64,000 nucleotides of DNA from Spironucleus salmonicida (lineage: Eukaryota): positions 62,001 through 126,000 of the forward strand of contig NC_090603.1 of the NCBI RefSeq assembly GCF_000497125.1. The letters run 5' to 3'. Below are positions 1 to 14,183 of this stretch, one piece after another. Numbering within the stretch: the stretch's first letter is position 1; every line of letters starts with the position of its first letter. A program made the position numbers and the translations under genes. The notes under the pieces were generated by a model. It had not been told where the DNA came from and did no database searches. It saw only the letters and a program-made list of their open reading frames with translations.

Positions 1-2
1 CG

Positions 3-596
3 AATTGTGCTTAATGCGACTTTGAGGATTGTATAGAATGTCGTAATAACTACAAATTGGTAAATGGTGTTTGTTTGCCAGATCAATGTTAAACTGACTC
101 ATAGTGCTCCAATTTATAATTTTGTGACATTAGTACTACATAAATCAATGTTTGCAAATAGTGCTCCAAAATCTGTAAAACATGTTCAAATATTGAAACA
201 TCATGTACATCTTGCAATATTGACTAATTTTTATATAATAATGCATGCAGTCCTTGTAATACAGCTGCGATTGTTGGTTTCCAATGCTATTGTTAAAATA
301 TGGTGATTGAAAACTGTTCTAAATGCGGAGCAGTAGGTTGGTAGTCTTGCTTAATGCCTCGTAGATTAATAGATGGAGAGTGTATCAACGGTTTAATATC
401 ACCAGAAGACTGCTAAATAGTTGTATCTACTAATATTATTATATATATCGTCGTAGGAGTAATATCAGCATTAATTTTGGTTATTGGAATAGTACTTATA
501 ACCTTAGTTATGAAAAGACGTAAATTAAGGTCACTTTTGGAAATGAACATTGATGCATTAGGAAAGAAAAATAATTCAAGTACATTGTTGTTTTGA
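3..596 (+). CDS. Cysteine-rich membrane protein, C-terminal part (5' end outside window)
   Basis: Open with TAA/TAG=Gln: CXXC repeats (NCAQCDFEDCIECRNNYKLVNGVC), hydrophobic TM IIIIYIVVGVISALILVIGIVLITLV, basic KRRK, TGA at 594-596. Confidence 0.85.
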
Positions 597-3500
597 ACAT
601 TAAGCTATGTGCGCATAATTGATTTAATAAAACTAAAGAGAAATAAATATGAAATGTGAATATAAGGTTTTGGATAAAAATGATTTAAGTATAATCAAAC
701 AGGCCAAGGTAATAACTTAAATATTTATAATTACGTTATTTTGTAATAATACTTAGATAATAATAGTTATTAGTTTATGCAAAATCTAAGTCTTCTTATT
801 TTATAGCTAATAACAGTTACTAAGAAAGTGAAATATTTTTTATTATATAACTTAAGTTACAAATAAATGATTAAACATCAATAAATAAGATTAGCTTCCT
901 AAGGCAAGCACTCTACAGAATTAAATATATTTAATTATTATTTACTAAATCGTGGAAATTAGATTTAGTATATATTTTTATTCTTATGTAAAACTATTAT
1001 CATGGCTAACTAATAATTTCTAAATATATTATTCAAATCTAACTTAGTGAAATAATTATTGTATCATAATCAATTTACCAGCATGAATCTTATTAACCGT
1101 AAATTTTACATAGCAGAATCTGCAATTGATGTATTTTATTAGCAGGAATGTGATAATATTTTATTATCATTATTACTAACTATAAGATATCTCTTTCTTA
1201 AATTTAATATTTTTAATCGATTAAACAGTGAAGTAAAATGACAATAGTTTTATAATTCTGACGCTAGTAGTGTACATTTAAGAATTATGGAAATTATACA
1301 ATTTATATATTGTGTCCGAGTATATTATATTTTCTATATAAATTGTGATTATATTTATTACTAAAATTATATCTTAATAGTTATATAAAAGATAAAACAA
1401 TATGTTGAATTTACTCCGGATTTTAACAAATTATGATTAAATTATATGTAAACCTATAAATATATAAAATGATATAAATTTATTATTTTAAACTTTAGTT
1501 TAATAAATATATTCCAAGAATAACATATATAAAATAAAAACACTACTGATTAACAATATCAGAACATAATTTAAAAATAAGATGATATGACGAGTATGGA
1601 TCATTGGTGATACTACAAAAATGATTTTAAACGCAAAGTTTAATAAAGATGTAACTAGTAATATAATTCTATTAATTACATTCGAGTAATGCGGTATAAC
1701 AGTATCGTTAGCTTTATGTTAAAGGTTAAAACTGTAAAAATATTTCTCAAAAAAACTAAATAATTTATCCACACTTTTACTATAGATTATCCAGATACTG
1801 TACCTAGCATTAAATTTAAGTAAAAATATGATACTCTACTAATAATTAACATGATACCATTGAAAAAAAATAACAAATTTAGTAGTAATTCACCATTACA
1901 CATCTCATAAACAATCCATTATTAGTTTCGGCAAGATATCATAATAGTATCATTAGCATTCGCGAACAATAAAATCATGGCACATTGTCAAAGCTCAAAT
2001 TGGCTGTTCTACACCCTATTTAATTATAATTTACTGCTCCATCTTTGTTTCGCACCTATTTTAACGCTATATCCCTATATTACTATTTTAATGTATTCTC
2101 AAAAACAGATTTTTTTACTAATCATCAGTTTTCCAATACCATTTAATCAATTTACCCATCATCTCAAAATTAATTTCAGCATTTCAGTCTAAACCATCTA
2201 TCTAGTATTGGCGCATATCTGTGCTATTTCACTCCCAACATACTACACGCATTATTCATCTTTCCTGATAACCGTTATTTCCACTATTATTTCTCGCTCC
2301 CTTTACCCTTAAACACCCACCTTCCCTACTTCCCTACCTCCCTACCTCCCTCATTACCGCACAATCTGCCCCCTTCACGCATCCCTTACAATTTTTGACG
2401 CCAATATTAATTACGACATATTTGCAACCTATACTATAATCCAATCCTCCAAATACCATTTTCCTTCCATTTCCTTCCATTTCCTTCCATTTCCACGCGA
2501 AAATACCGCAAATTTGAAACTTGAAATTTACCAAAACGCCCGAAAACGCAAATCAAGCCACCCACACTCCTCTAATTCCGCCCAAATCACACCCTGCCCC
2601 GAATTGCACTTTCGTCGAAATGCTCATTCCTCGCCCTCTAGCACTCCAAACTTTCGCTATCCATCCGAATTGTCGCGCGCAGTCGGCAAAATTCCGCATT
2701 TATATTTGTGGTTCATGGGAATATTTCCACTCCGCAAAACTCGATTTTCGCCACTTTGATTTTTTGGTTTTGGTAGAATTAAATAGAGGCTCCCAGCGAG
2801 GTACTCAACGCGCAAATTGCAGTCCGCTATGGCACTTTTTCGTAGCGATATGGGAAGTTAGAATTTCGTAGTTGATGTTTCGGGCGCAATGCGTGGGGTA
2901 GAGTGAAAGATTTAGGAGGTGATATAATAGGTAGTGATGGGACGTTATATTGCGTTTTTGGGTGTTGGGGGTAAACCTGTATATTTGGGGTGTTACGGAT
3001 TCTCAGGGTAGGTAAAGGTATTTGGGAGTGTATTGTGGTATTTTACTAATGTGAGTATGAGATATAAGGGTAGATAAAGTATTAAGAGGAAAGCTGTTGA
3101 ATGATTTTCTGGGTTAGTCTGGTCTGGGAATGGTGATGTAAGCCTTTCTAGCTGATCTGATATAATGATCTGCTGAAGTTGTAATAGATGCAATTAAACC
3201 GTTGAGAGTGCTATTTTGGTGATATAAATATCATGCGAATATTGAATTTGTTGTACAGTATATATAAACTTGCAAATTCTAAAATTGGAGTTTGTAGAAG
3301 TTATGAATGTTTGGTAGCTAGACTAGTAACTGATATTGGCATTGGCTAGAATTGAGGAGACTGTTGTATTTTTATTATTGGTGTAATTATTTGTATTCTG
3401 AATGAAATAATATACTTTAGGTCCTATAAATACCTTAAACTAAGAGATAAGAAATTAGCTTTTATGAGGTTAGGTGTTGTATGCTGAGGTGCTGGGGTTT

Positions 3501-6098
3501 CTACTTTATACATAGTATATTTGATAAATATTTGGTTGTACATCAAATAAAATAGTTATATCGCATACTATTTATTATTATCTATTTACTATATAATTAT
3601 TTTACATTTAACTTTATGATTTTGTGTTTCATTATCAGTATTTCATTAGAATATGCATTTTTTAGATATAACATCATTATCATAATATTATCATGATAAA
3701 ATTAACTAGCATATTAACAAATAGTGAAACTAACACCATAAAATAGCTAATACCTAGTAATAAATTTTCTTGCATAGATAAATTATAGATTGGATATTTT
3801 GTTCAGTGGTTTATTAAAGATAACGATACTGTACTGATAACTGAACAGGTATAAACTTATTATCCGTATTGAAGGCTAGCATTTATCATAGAATAATAAT
3901 ATTCGTATAAAGTTTACTTCTGAGTCTACTTTTTGATAAAATAGTAACTTGAATATCATAACATGCAAAAGTAAGATGAGTAATTCCTATAGCAAGATGC
4001 GATAAAAAATACACAAAGAAAGTCATTATATAAAATGCATTTTATTAAAATTTGAGTATATAATAAGTCTTTATTGGTGATGTTTAGTTACAATTAATTA
4101 TTACTATTATTTTCTAATAGTCATTGATAGAACCTGAATTATCACTATTTTAAGTTTAATAAGTTTATTGTAATAATATTATACTGTAGTTGATAAGTTA
4201 ATGGCCTAAAGTTACGTATTCTGTTTCAATAGAAACTAAGTATGTACTTTATGCATAATTATAATAGTCTGATACTATTTATTTTGCATTATTATGATTA
4301 TTTTGAGAGTTAAATTTGTAAGTTATATCAAAAATACAGTTTACAAGTAATTATTATCATATCCTTCTTGTACTACATTACTTATATCTATTTTATCGAC
4401 GGTGCGTTGTAACGTCTTTAGCTTTCATAATTTTTTAATATAAATATAATTGTGTACTAATAATCATTCGCTATTATTCATATAAACTTATTATTCGTTA
4501 ACAAATATAAATATATAATAAGTCAATTTTCTTAACCTTTTGCAGACAATATTATACCTGTTTAGGAACTGTTACCCTGTTTTTATCTTAAAATAATATT
4601 TTTTGATCTATAGCTAGTATATTAGCCTTTATTTTTATATTCCGATCTCTTTTTATTTTTCCAACTCAATTTCGGATATTTTCAGCTGCTTTTATATTCG
4701 TTTCTATATATCTTCTGTATAATCCTACCCAAACATATCCTTCATATAATCTCCTAATTTAAGAATAATAAGATCCCCTACGGCTTCTCAATTTTCAATC
4801 ATTGAATTATTAACCCAATCAAGTCTTTTATCGGTGATTAACTATGAAGAATCACCTAGCTCTTTAAACTAATTTAAAGGTAGATATTATCTTCACTAGT
4901 TAAGAACTCATATATTAGCTTACTAAACAATTGCATTATCGATAGGTTCTGATAAATGACTTAAGTAAAGAGAAATATTTGTGAATAAAAGGCATCTAGG
5001 GCAGTTTTTAAAAATTTGTATTTTTATCAAATCCGGCAAATACAGGATCTATTGCATCTAGAAGTTTATATTTAACCCGTGGAGAAATTAAATTAGTGAA
5101 TATAGAAATTAGCAGTTTTTAAATTCCATTAGCTTAGATAATTCATAATTCAAATTAATCCCTCTATACTAGAGGAAATAATATTTCAACATAATAAAAG
5201 CAGAATTGCCAATAATTTGCATACTATATGAATGAATCATCAAATCTATTATCTGAGGAATCCACAAAATAATGTATATTTTTACTAATAAATGATGCAA
5301 TGTCTAATGAAGTATATTGAATATACATCACCGTTATAGCTTTCGGAAAACATATCCAGCAGATAACTGAATCACGATATTTGACCGAATGATTCTCAGT
5401 TCCAAATTTCCGAATCACCCCATTCCAACTATTCCTAACATATGTTTTCTATAGCGATATAAAATATGCACTTTCCACATTTCTGTTGATTTTGTAATTT
5501 CCCCTAAATCATTCCATTTATAAAGATTCGCTACCGTTTTTCCGAATGCGTATAAGCACCTTTGTTGTACTAGCATTTGGTGAAGTGTAAAAATGCATTT
5601 AGTCTTCAAGTTTACGTGAGCGTAGGAAGCGCTGTTTGCTCTGAAATGTTAGAGCTGCAAAACTATCAAAAGTATATTTTTCCTCGTTTTAAGTAAGTTA
5701 TTTTATATACGTTGAGTCTAATAAACGCACGGAAGCGGAATGCTAGACCAAATAGAAGGCTCCATCTATGTGTTTGAAGCAGGATTTCAAAATTGCTTCT
5801 ATGGACTCAACAAAACTTAAAATTTGCCGGGCTAGTAGTCTAGTGATATTTCGTGTTCGTAAGTCACCTATATTACACTACATATGTAAATAACTAGTTA
5901 TTACATATTTTCACTTTCTTTGGACGTACCAATCCGTAATTTGTATTTTAGAGTACAAAAAATCGCGATATTTTGCTAATACAGTAGAAATACATAAACA
6001 TTCCCTTCCGATTTTTGAAAAAAATGAACAATTCATATGTTTGCAAAATATGACATGTACGACCTCTGCGACATAAAAAATTACAAAATAATGGTGGA

Positions 6099-7169
6099 TC
6101 ACTCAATTGCTATCAATTGCAGTATATCTTGATTTTCTTCATGTCTGATGCCTGTCGCCACAACTTTTATATCACTAAACAGGTTTGATAGATAGCAATA
6201 GCGACCTTATCCTCTTATCACAAGCTAATTGTTTCCAATATAGGTTCTCTACTCGTCAGTGTACAATTATCCGTATACCTCCACCTAGCATTAATATAAT
6301 TTATCTGGTCTATCATTTATCTATTTAAACAATTTCTCAATAGTATCAAACTGCTCCTTAAACGACTAACCAAACAAGAATTCGTTATCTAGATTAACTT
6401 TTTAGCTCTAAATAAAATTTATTACTAGATATGCATACTCTCTTTCATAGCTACTCATTTATGTTAATATTTACTTATTTGCATCAACAATGTATCCAAT
6501 GTACTAGTTCTTATTCGACAAATGAATAACGCCATTCTCAATTTTGTAGATAACACTTTAATAGTTTTAAATTTCTGAAAGTAACTTTCTGTAACTAGTT
6601 ATAATTGATATTTCCTAATTAATATATAGCACACTAAGGGTGTGCTTATAATAATCCTGCTCAATTTATGGATATATCTTCACATCTGTCAACTCAGCCT
6701 AATACTCGACGTCGATCTCCAGCAGTCTCATGTTTATTTAATTGGACGCGTATAGCGTTTTTATGGTAGTACTTAAATATGTTTTATCTTCACTAAGTGT
6801 TATTATGCTCATTGAATCTGTGTTTTGCCTCTACTGTACAATAGCAGTTAAAGCAGAATCATAATTTTACGTATACACCGATACTAGCTCCAGTTCCAGA
6901 AAATCAAGCAGATGTAACAACTTTACATTGCTATTGAATATAATTAAAATCTTCATATCCTGTTGCTCTATAAATTTAACCATCTGCGACATTTCGTGCA
7001 GCTGGGAATTAACCTTAGAGAGGTTATGAACAAGCGCAAGGTCCAGGATTACTTTGCTCAGTTATTCAATTTAATAGTAACATTCAAAATTCAATCTAAC
7101 TTTGCAGCTGGGTGAATTACATAGTTTCACAAAGTCGTGCAGTGGGACTTCGTCAGGCATCAGCATCAT
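6099..7169 (-). CDS. Hypothetical protein (~356 aa; start uncertain)
   Basis: No TGA from 7379 to 6099 in this frame; first in-frame ATG at 7169; ends GAG TGA (AGTGA motif). Confidence 0.6.
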
Positions 7170-7437
7170 CCTAATGTTTCGTAAAGCCGCTATTACTGTG
7201 TCTTTATCATTTTCTTTTGTTATCCTCAAGATATAGTGCTAACGGCCATGCCTTATGATTTTGAATAATCTGAGGTCTCTATGCAATTTTTTTAAAATTT
7301 TGATTAAACTTGTAACATAAATACTATATTTAATAAATATATGATCATATCTAATTATCGCTAATACTTTTTTGCTCTGTCATGTAAGTGTTCCTCTCCT
7401 CCGTCTGCTGCTGCGTAACAAACTCATCCGCTAGTTT

Positions 7438-10400
7438 TCACATCCTAACCAGTGTAATTGCTTCGTGCTGATCCTGACCTATCTGGACGACATTCCTGAG
7501 TCCAAACGGTGCTGCCCTCTTCTCAAGCACTTCCTAGTTGTGGTAGCCGCACTGTACCGGCAGAACCTGGCAGCCGTGCAGCTGCTCCAGTCCGAGGTCC
7601 CCGTACCCGTGGAAGGTGAGCACGAAATTGAATGGCATTTCGGCTGCTTCTAATATCAGTGGTAGGTCCACACTCTTACTGAAGCAGATAGCGACGATCA
7701 ATCTGTCATCGATGGTTTTCTGCTACCTCAGGATATCGAAAGCTTCCACAGCTGACCCAATCGAGTCTTCCAGCACCTGGTTCCAAACCGCAGACTGGCT
7801 AAATCTTTGCACCCCGTTGTTGAAATCGTGTAGCGCAAAGTCAAAGGTGGGCGTCAGGGTCATCATTTCGTGCTTTCCTGGTATTCTACTTATTAACATC
7901 ATCAATTCCTCAGCATTCCTAGTAGCAATACTACCTTAGCGTAGATACTAGCAACCGATATCCCTGCTATCCCCCTGCTGGATAATCAGTTGGATATTCT
8001 GGATAGCAGTCTCCGGTTGTTGCGTCACAATCATCATGAACAAGATGGTGTTCAGGTAGTTTATCAGTACGCTTCGCTTGAATAGCATGGACATGCTGCT
8101 GAACTCGCGCTAGGCCTCCATCGATGTAAGCTGGACCTTGGAGTACGTTTCTATGAACTAGCACATCAGACTATAGCTCAGAACCACGACCACCTCTTTG
8201 TTAAGGGTGGCTGAAGCAGTATACCTCAAATTGTAACTGCCGTCACTTGCGTGTAGATCAACATCTTATCTATGTATGTTAATTTTAAATTCATTCCATC
8301 TATTTTTATTACAACGTGTGCTAATGTCAATGTAATCTACTATTTAGGTAAGACTGCTGAACTAGTAAACTATACTCTTATTGCCGTTCACCTAAATAGC
8401 ATGCTTCTCAACTGCATTAAAATTACAAGCTTGCAATTGGTACTATGTAGTCACATACCATATCTAAGGGCAGATATAAGGGCATATTAGCTGCATCCCG
8501 GCAGACTTCTCACCCATCATAGAATTTAGCAGTTCTACTAGAATAGAATTCTTGTCTAAATATGTTTTTAAGGTTTTTGGGATACCATCCAGTATTGCAC
8601 CCATATCATCACGGTTAGCCAACATGCTGCGCTTGTCGTACTGGGCACTATGCACCAGCGACGGGTGTGGTTGGACGTAACCAAGAATGCTGGCGGCACA
8701 ATTGTAGATAGAGTATCGTTCAGAACCTTAATAGCTGAACTTATTTAGTGAAGACTCATTTATTAAGTTTATATCTGTCCCAACTATTATAACTTAAAAT
8801 GTAGCGGCACGACGAGTCTAAAACAGTTTTGCATGAGTGATGTTTAATCGATTTTCTAACATTTTATTGTTAGTAGTTAGTAATCGCATTTAATCCACAT
8901 ACTGCATGGGGAGAGCTGCTTAGCCTAAATAGCAAATTATTTATTCATTTATAGAATATTACCAAAATCTTGTAGCAACTTCACACTCACCTCTATAATT
9001 ATTGCCATAATTCTTATCTTTATATATACATATATCACTTAAACCAATAAACTAAAATGTCTTCCAGAACAGCGTCTCCACCGCCCTCGGGTCGAACAAA
9101 GAAAGTATGAACCTGAAAAAGTACACGTCGAACTCTTCGTGGTAATTTTTCTAGCCTAAGTAATTTTTCGGTAGTCCTAAGTAAAATTTGTTTTTAAACT
9201 TTTCCCTGTTTTTTACATTCAGAATTTGCGGTGAGTAGACTATAAGCTCATCAAGGATGTCGTATTCCTCAATCTGAAGCTGCAGGTACTCTGTCGCTAT
9301 AAAAACGTACTCCACATCGGTCAGTATTGCTTCGAGCAGGCTGAAGTATATTGTAAGAAAGCGCTGGTTCGCATATATCTGCTTGTATATTTCTGTTTAT
9401 TTATCGTATTTCTGTTTTCTTAACGTTCGTATATTTTTTATAATATTCTACAGTTCCTGGTAGTAATCTAGGTTCAAACTCCTATGTTGTTCTGAGGCAC
9501 TTACTTCGTCTAGTTCCATTTTTACTGCTAAGAGGAAGTCCGTATGCAGAAGCTGCGAAAGCACTCGACAAGCGAAAGTATGTTTTGTATACTTTTTAGC
9601 TTTATACTCATCGGAATACTATTCAAATTGGTCATTTTGTAGAATATTTACTATAGCACAATAATGTTGTCTTCCAATGTTAACCAGCCTCTGTCGGTAA
9701 TCGCTGAAGATCATCTAGCACAGCACTGTGCATTTTACATAATTTTACTTCTGCGATTCTAGACACTCGTCAACTAGCATCAACGGGCGTTTCTTACCCT
9801 AGTGTTTATAATTATATTCCAGCACTTAAGCATCCGTTATGCCGCTGGTATCAACATCACCCTCGTAGATAAAAAATGAGTATTGTTTTAACAAGTCGAA
9901 CTGTTGCTTTATCGAGCTATTAAATTTCAAATGCTTAATAACCCTGATCCCAGATACCCCATTAATTCTGCTTTAGTCTTTATACATATTTTTGATAAAA
10001 ATATTCATCTTCCTGTAAAGGTACTATAAATGGTCCAAACTATCCAGCTGAAAGGTACGGAAGTCGCATATATCATTTAGTATCGTTTCTTTGAAATTAT
10101 TCAAATCCTGCAGCTCGAAAGTATTTTGGTATAATGTCTCCAGTTACGAGTGGAATGACCCAGTTTTGTAGTAATATAGCGGCTGGTCCTCAGAGCCTTC
10201 TTTGTTAACCAACATTGGAGAATTTCCCATCAGGAGGTGGAAAAAATACTGCGTGTACAAGGCTACACTTTTCCCAGACTTGGAACTCTGGTTTATGACA
10301 GCGTTCGTAAGATTCTTATTTATTTCATTTTTAACCAACGAGAATAATGCAAAATATTCTGCCTTGAAGAGGTAGGACACGTGGCAGAGCTGCTGGAACA

Positions 10401-11214
10401 TGAACAGGCAGATCCCGGTGCCGAGAAAGTGGAAGGGGAGCTGGAACAGGTTGATAAGGTCAAACTTATCCAGCTATGGTTTTTCTTTTTCTGTGAATGA
10501 CTCTCCATTGTAAATCTTATTCGATACCTCAAATATCTTTCTAAGCAAAACCAATTTATAGCTATACACATTTGTTGCGCTTTTATTCTTCTTTAATTCT
10601 GTAAACTAAGTATCATACAACCTGAATGCCGACTAGCCAAAAATCAATGGTAGAATTAGAGGATACTTACCTTCTGATTGGTATTTAATAGCTGCTAGCT
10701 ATAATAATACCTGATTTTCATGAAAATTTAAATCATCTATAAATTCAGGTTAGAGAAGCTATTCCGTGTCAAAACTACTGTAAAAAGAAAAGTACTGCAA
10801 ATCATAATCTTCGATGATCTTTGCAAATTTAGCAAAAGAAGGTTTTCGTGTGGAGTTTGTCGAAAGCACCCTAAGTCCCATCTGCGCTGCGACAAGACCG
10901 ATATTGTCCCAAAATTATGGATCTTGCGATTTAATTATCTCTTCAAACTGTGATATCTAAAACTGAACATTCTGAGCAATTTTCCCCAGCTACTTGTAGA
11001 GCAGGACTACCTAGACCGCGCACAGTTGCTCCTTGGTGGTAATAGCTGATCTGAGTATGTGCCTGCAACTCATGTCCAACTGCCTGGACTATCTGATCTC
11101 GCTGCCTTCTATGGTAAACGTTATCATCGCCTAGGTATTTCTTTTGACTTTGACTTTTCCATCACGAATCGCGTATTGGTGCACAGTGAAGTCTACTGAT
11201 ATTAGATTTGTCAT
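7438..11214 (-). CDS. Large (~1258 aa) protein with divergent copine-like C-terminus (C2-like plus VWA-like)
   Basis: Single frame free of TGA from ATG 11214, joining ORFs 10144-10401, 8464-8655 and 7723-7905. EAAEMPFNFVLTFHGYGDLGLEQLHG and LRNVVQI resemble copine VWA motifs (LPMSIIIVGVG..F..ME.LDG, RDIVQF). The ORF is better supported than the copine call. Confidence 0.7.
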
Positions 11215-11399
11215 TTAGAGTAAAATCCGTGCAATTAAATATGTTAGGCAATAAGTAATTGCAAGTTTAACTATATAGCATATAAACTGGTAGTATTGTA
11301 TATAATACTGTATTTTAAGAGATATTAAAATTTTTAAGCAAAGTCTCTATTGGCGTGGCACTGTAGGCAGATTGGCATGCTACCCGTCCTTCAGCGCAA

Positions 11400-11945
11400 G
11401 CCAATTATAATATTTATTGTGCATCCTGTATATATTTCCTGACATAGTGATCTGCCTCTCCTTGCGTTGTATGGTAGAGGTGAGGATCCAGCTCTCGTAC
11501 ACTGGGAAATGCATCACTCCCTCCGCTACGTCCGCGGCATCATATATCAATAACATAACACTCTGGACACCGTTATCAGGAAGTTCGCAGAATTTTGTTT
11601 ATGAAACTTCTGTACTATAGACCTTCCACCCCCTTAGACCTCAACCAATAATTATGGAAAAAAGCAAATTGCACGAAACTAGCCCTCGTAGCAGCCACTC
11701 ATGGTATAACCTTCCAAGATGTATATGTTTACCTTTCCAATAAATTTCTGGCGATGCACTCAAATGGTGCGCCAGCGCTAAAATATCACGATGCTATGCT
11801 TCTATATTACCATAATGGTAAAATTGATTCTATCGAGCATACTATCACCTTCCTGTCCATATAATAGTATCATCATGATAGTTCTTTCAGCATTCCGATT
11901 TAGCACCGTATCCCATTTCAGCTGGCATTCTTTCCAATAATATAT
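11400..11945 (-). pseudogene. Degraded actin/actin-related protein fragment
   Basis: One frame (11820-11401) reads EAQHRDILAL...W...LLFS..*..TEVSQTKF...VQSVMLLIY...DVAEGVMHFPVYESWILTSTIQR, collinear with actin EAQSKRGILTL, VLLT, IQAVLSLY and [24 protein letters not shown]. Internal TGA at 11641-11643; 5' part frameshifted. Confidence 0.6.
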
Positions 11946-12330
11946 TACGAAGCTATTATATATTAGTATATAATATAAAATAAACCGAACAAACCATATA
12001 ATTCCATTTTGCTTAATAGCCTTATTGTACAAAATGGAACCCGATTCATTCCCTCCATCGATACGGTGAGTAGCCGTTCTCACCCGAGAATGGAGGTTTC
12101 CCGACGCCGTTATGACCGCGGTTGGATTAGTACTTTTGAGCTAGATTCACCTTATTAATTCTTTTCGCTGCTGCTTTTGACGCGTAGCAGCAGCAGGTTG
12201 CCCCCGCGCCCTTTGCTGTACGCGTCATTTTTCCACTCCACTATAATATTTTATCAATTTAAACATATAATAACTATATATATTTTTTTCGATTCGCGCG
12301 CATTTTTGACCCTCTCCGCTCCGTAATTGA

Positions 12331-12912
12331 ATGTTCCGCAACACGTACCAGTCGGGCTTCCTGTCAATCCTGTACGCGGTAGGTGCAAAGCCGTTAGAGC
12401 AGTGGTCTTCGCACGTGGAGTCGGGCTACATAAAGCGTATTACGGACCCCGATATCCAGTCCTGCGTCATCGAAATCATGGGCACGAACATCGCCACGAA
12501 CTACATTTCGACCCCTGCCGACCCGAACCAGACGCTGGCGATCAAGCTCCCGTATCTCGTCATGCTGATCAAGAATATGAAGAAGTACTTCTCCTTCGAA
12601 ATTTAGATCATTGACGACAAGCAAATAAAAAGGCGTTTCCGAGCCTCGAACTACCAGAGGACGACGAGAGTCAAGCCGTTTATCTGCACCATGCCGCTAT
12701 GCCTTGGGCCTGGATTCAATTAAATTTAGTTCAATCTCATCGACTTCACGGCGAGGGCCTACAGGACGAACTACATCGAAACCAGCAGAATGACCGTGCA
12801 CGCAAATTGCAGGCTCAGGAGAATCTATTTTGCTGATAGTTTGTACGAGGAGGACGAAATTCCAGCAGATTTCAGGATGTATGTTGACAAGAAGGGCGGC
12901 AAAAAAGAGTGA
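12331..12912 (+). CDS. CFAP20: Cilia- and flagella-associated protein 20 (BUG22/DUF667)
   Basis: [15 protein letters not shown]...[24 protein letters not shown]...[11 protein letters not shown]. Internal TAG/TAA fall at conserved Gln positions (FEIQIIDDK, NQIQFNL). Ends GAG TGA. Confidence 0.97.
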
Positions 12913-13256
12913 ACGGAAATCAGTTTTTGGAAGGGAGCATATATATAAAATTGTATAATAATAAATATTGAAAAATTGCCGAAGTGGAAAGGGATTTTTA
13001 GTTTATATAGTAGATAATAATATGGAAAATTAGAAAAATATATATATAATATGTATAATAATTAAATTATGGAGAAAGCAAAAATGGAGTGGTAGAAAAA
13101 AATATATACTAGTGGGGGGCAGTTATATGAGACGTGTTGAAATTGGAAATAAAAGGAAGTTTTTGCTGGTCTAGTTCAAGGGCTGGGTTTCTTGTCATTT
13201 GGCAACTAAATGAACTCAATTTGGAGCACTATTAGCATCGGAAAAAATTATAAATT

Positions 13257-13329
13257 TGGACAACCCGGGAATCGAACCCGGGGCCTCGCGCTTGCGAAGC
13301 ACGCGCTCTACCAACTGAGCTAGATGCCC
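13257..13329 (-). tRNA. tRNA-Ala(CGC)
   Basis: GGGCATC..TAGCTCAGTTGGTAGAGC, anticodon arm CGTGC-TTCGCAA-GCGCG, GGTTCGATTCC, G3:U70 pair. Confidence 0.93.
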
Positions 13330-14183
13330 TCAAAATATCTATTTCACTCATTCTTATGCTCTAAATTCATATCTAAACATTCTATTCGCTATTATCTAGC
13401 CATTTTTCTCTCCTGGACGGTGTAGAAGAAAATACTGATAATGTGGCCTATGTTTCTGGCCATATTCCCTAGGGTGAACACCAGGTCTACTCCCTAGCTT
13501 TTAACACTCGGGCAAATAAAAATGAAAACTAAAAACTAAATAATGGTACCGACCTGCTACACAAATAAGAACACGGAATGCTTCTCTATTTATTGTTTGA
13601 AAATAGTGTAAATAGTAAACGAGTTTAAATAAAGACTGACTGCAGAACAGCATTACATGTTAAAGGATATTAGTGAAGGATAAAAATCTAAGAAAAATGT
13701 ATACTAAAATAAGCCTACGATAAACATAAGAATATATGGAACAGAAATTAAGAAATAGACATGTCTAGAGTATATTGGAGGCAAGAAACTCAAGACTACA
13801 GCATACGTAGGAATAACCTGAAATAACTATTCTATAACAAAAATTGGCGTGTGGAGTTTCCCAGTCAAATAATAAAGTACGCAAGCACTTGCCTCGAAGT
13901 ACTAAGCCAGGTCATATGTTAAAATAATAAAAACTGTGTTCAGTTAGTTTTTCTGCTTATTAAATATCATGAATATGAGCTGCATTGATGTAAGTAATAG
14001 CAATACTGCAATTAAGAACACTGATATTAACATCACAACCCATTCCATTTTAATAATTCTATATTTATATAATTATATATTTAATTGACGTTATGATTAT
14101 TCAACCTAATTAAGTATCTTTAGGTCATAGTACCCAACTGTCTATAAATAGAAACTTCACTCACTCCTAAGACCATAAACGCC

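Noticed and set aside
4520-5640. Possible minus-strand gene or transposase
   Set aside because: TGA stops in the frames examined and no recognisable motif.
11953-11994. 42-nt GTTTGT...ACTAAT...TAG intron candidate on the minus strand
   Set aside because: Imperfect signals, no credible host gene; it sits in AT-rich DNA upstream of the actin-like relic.
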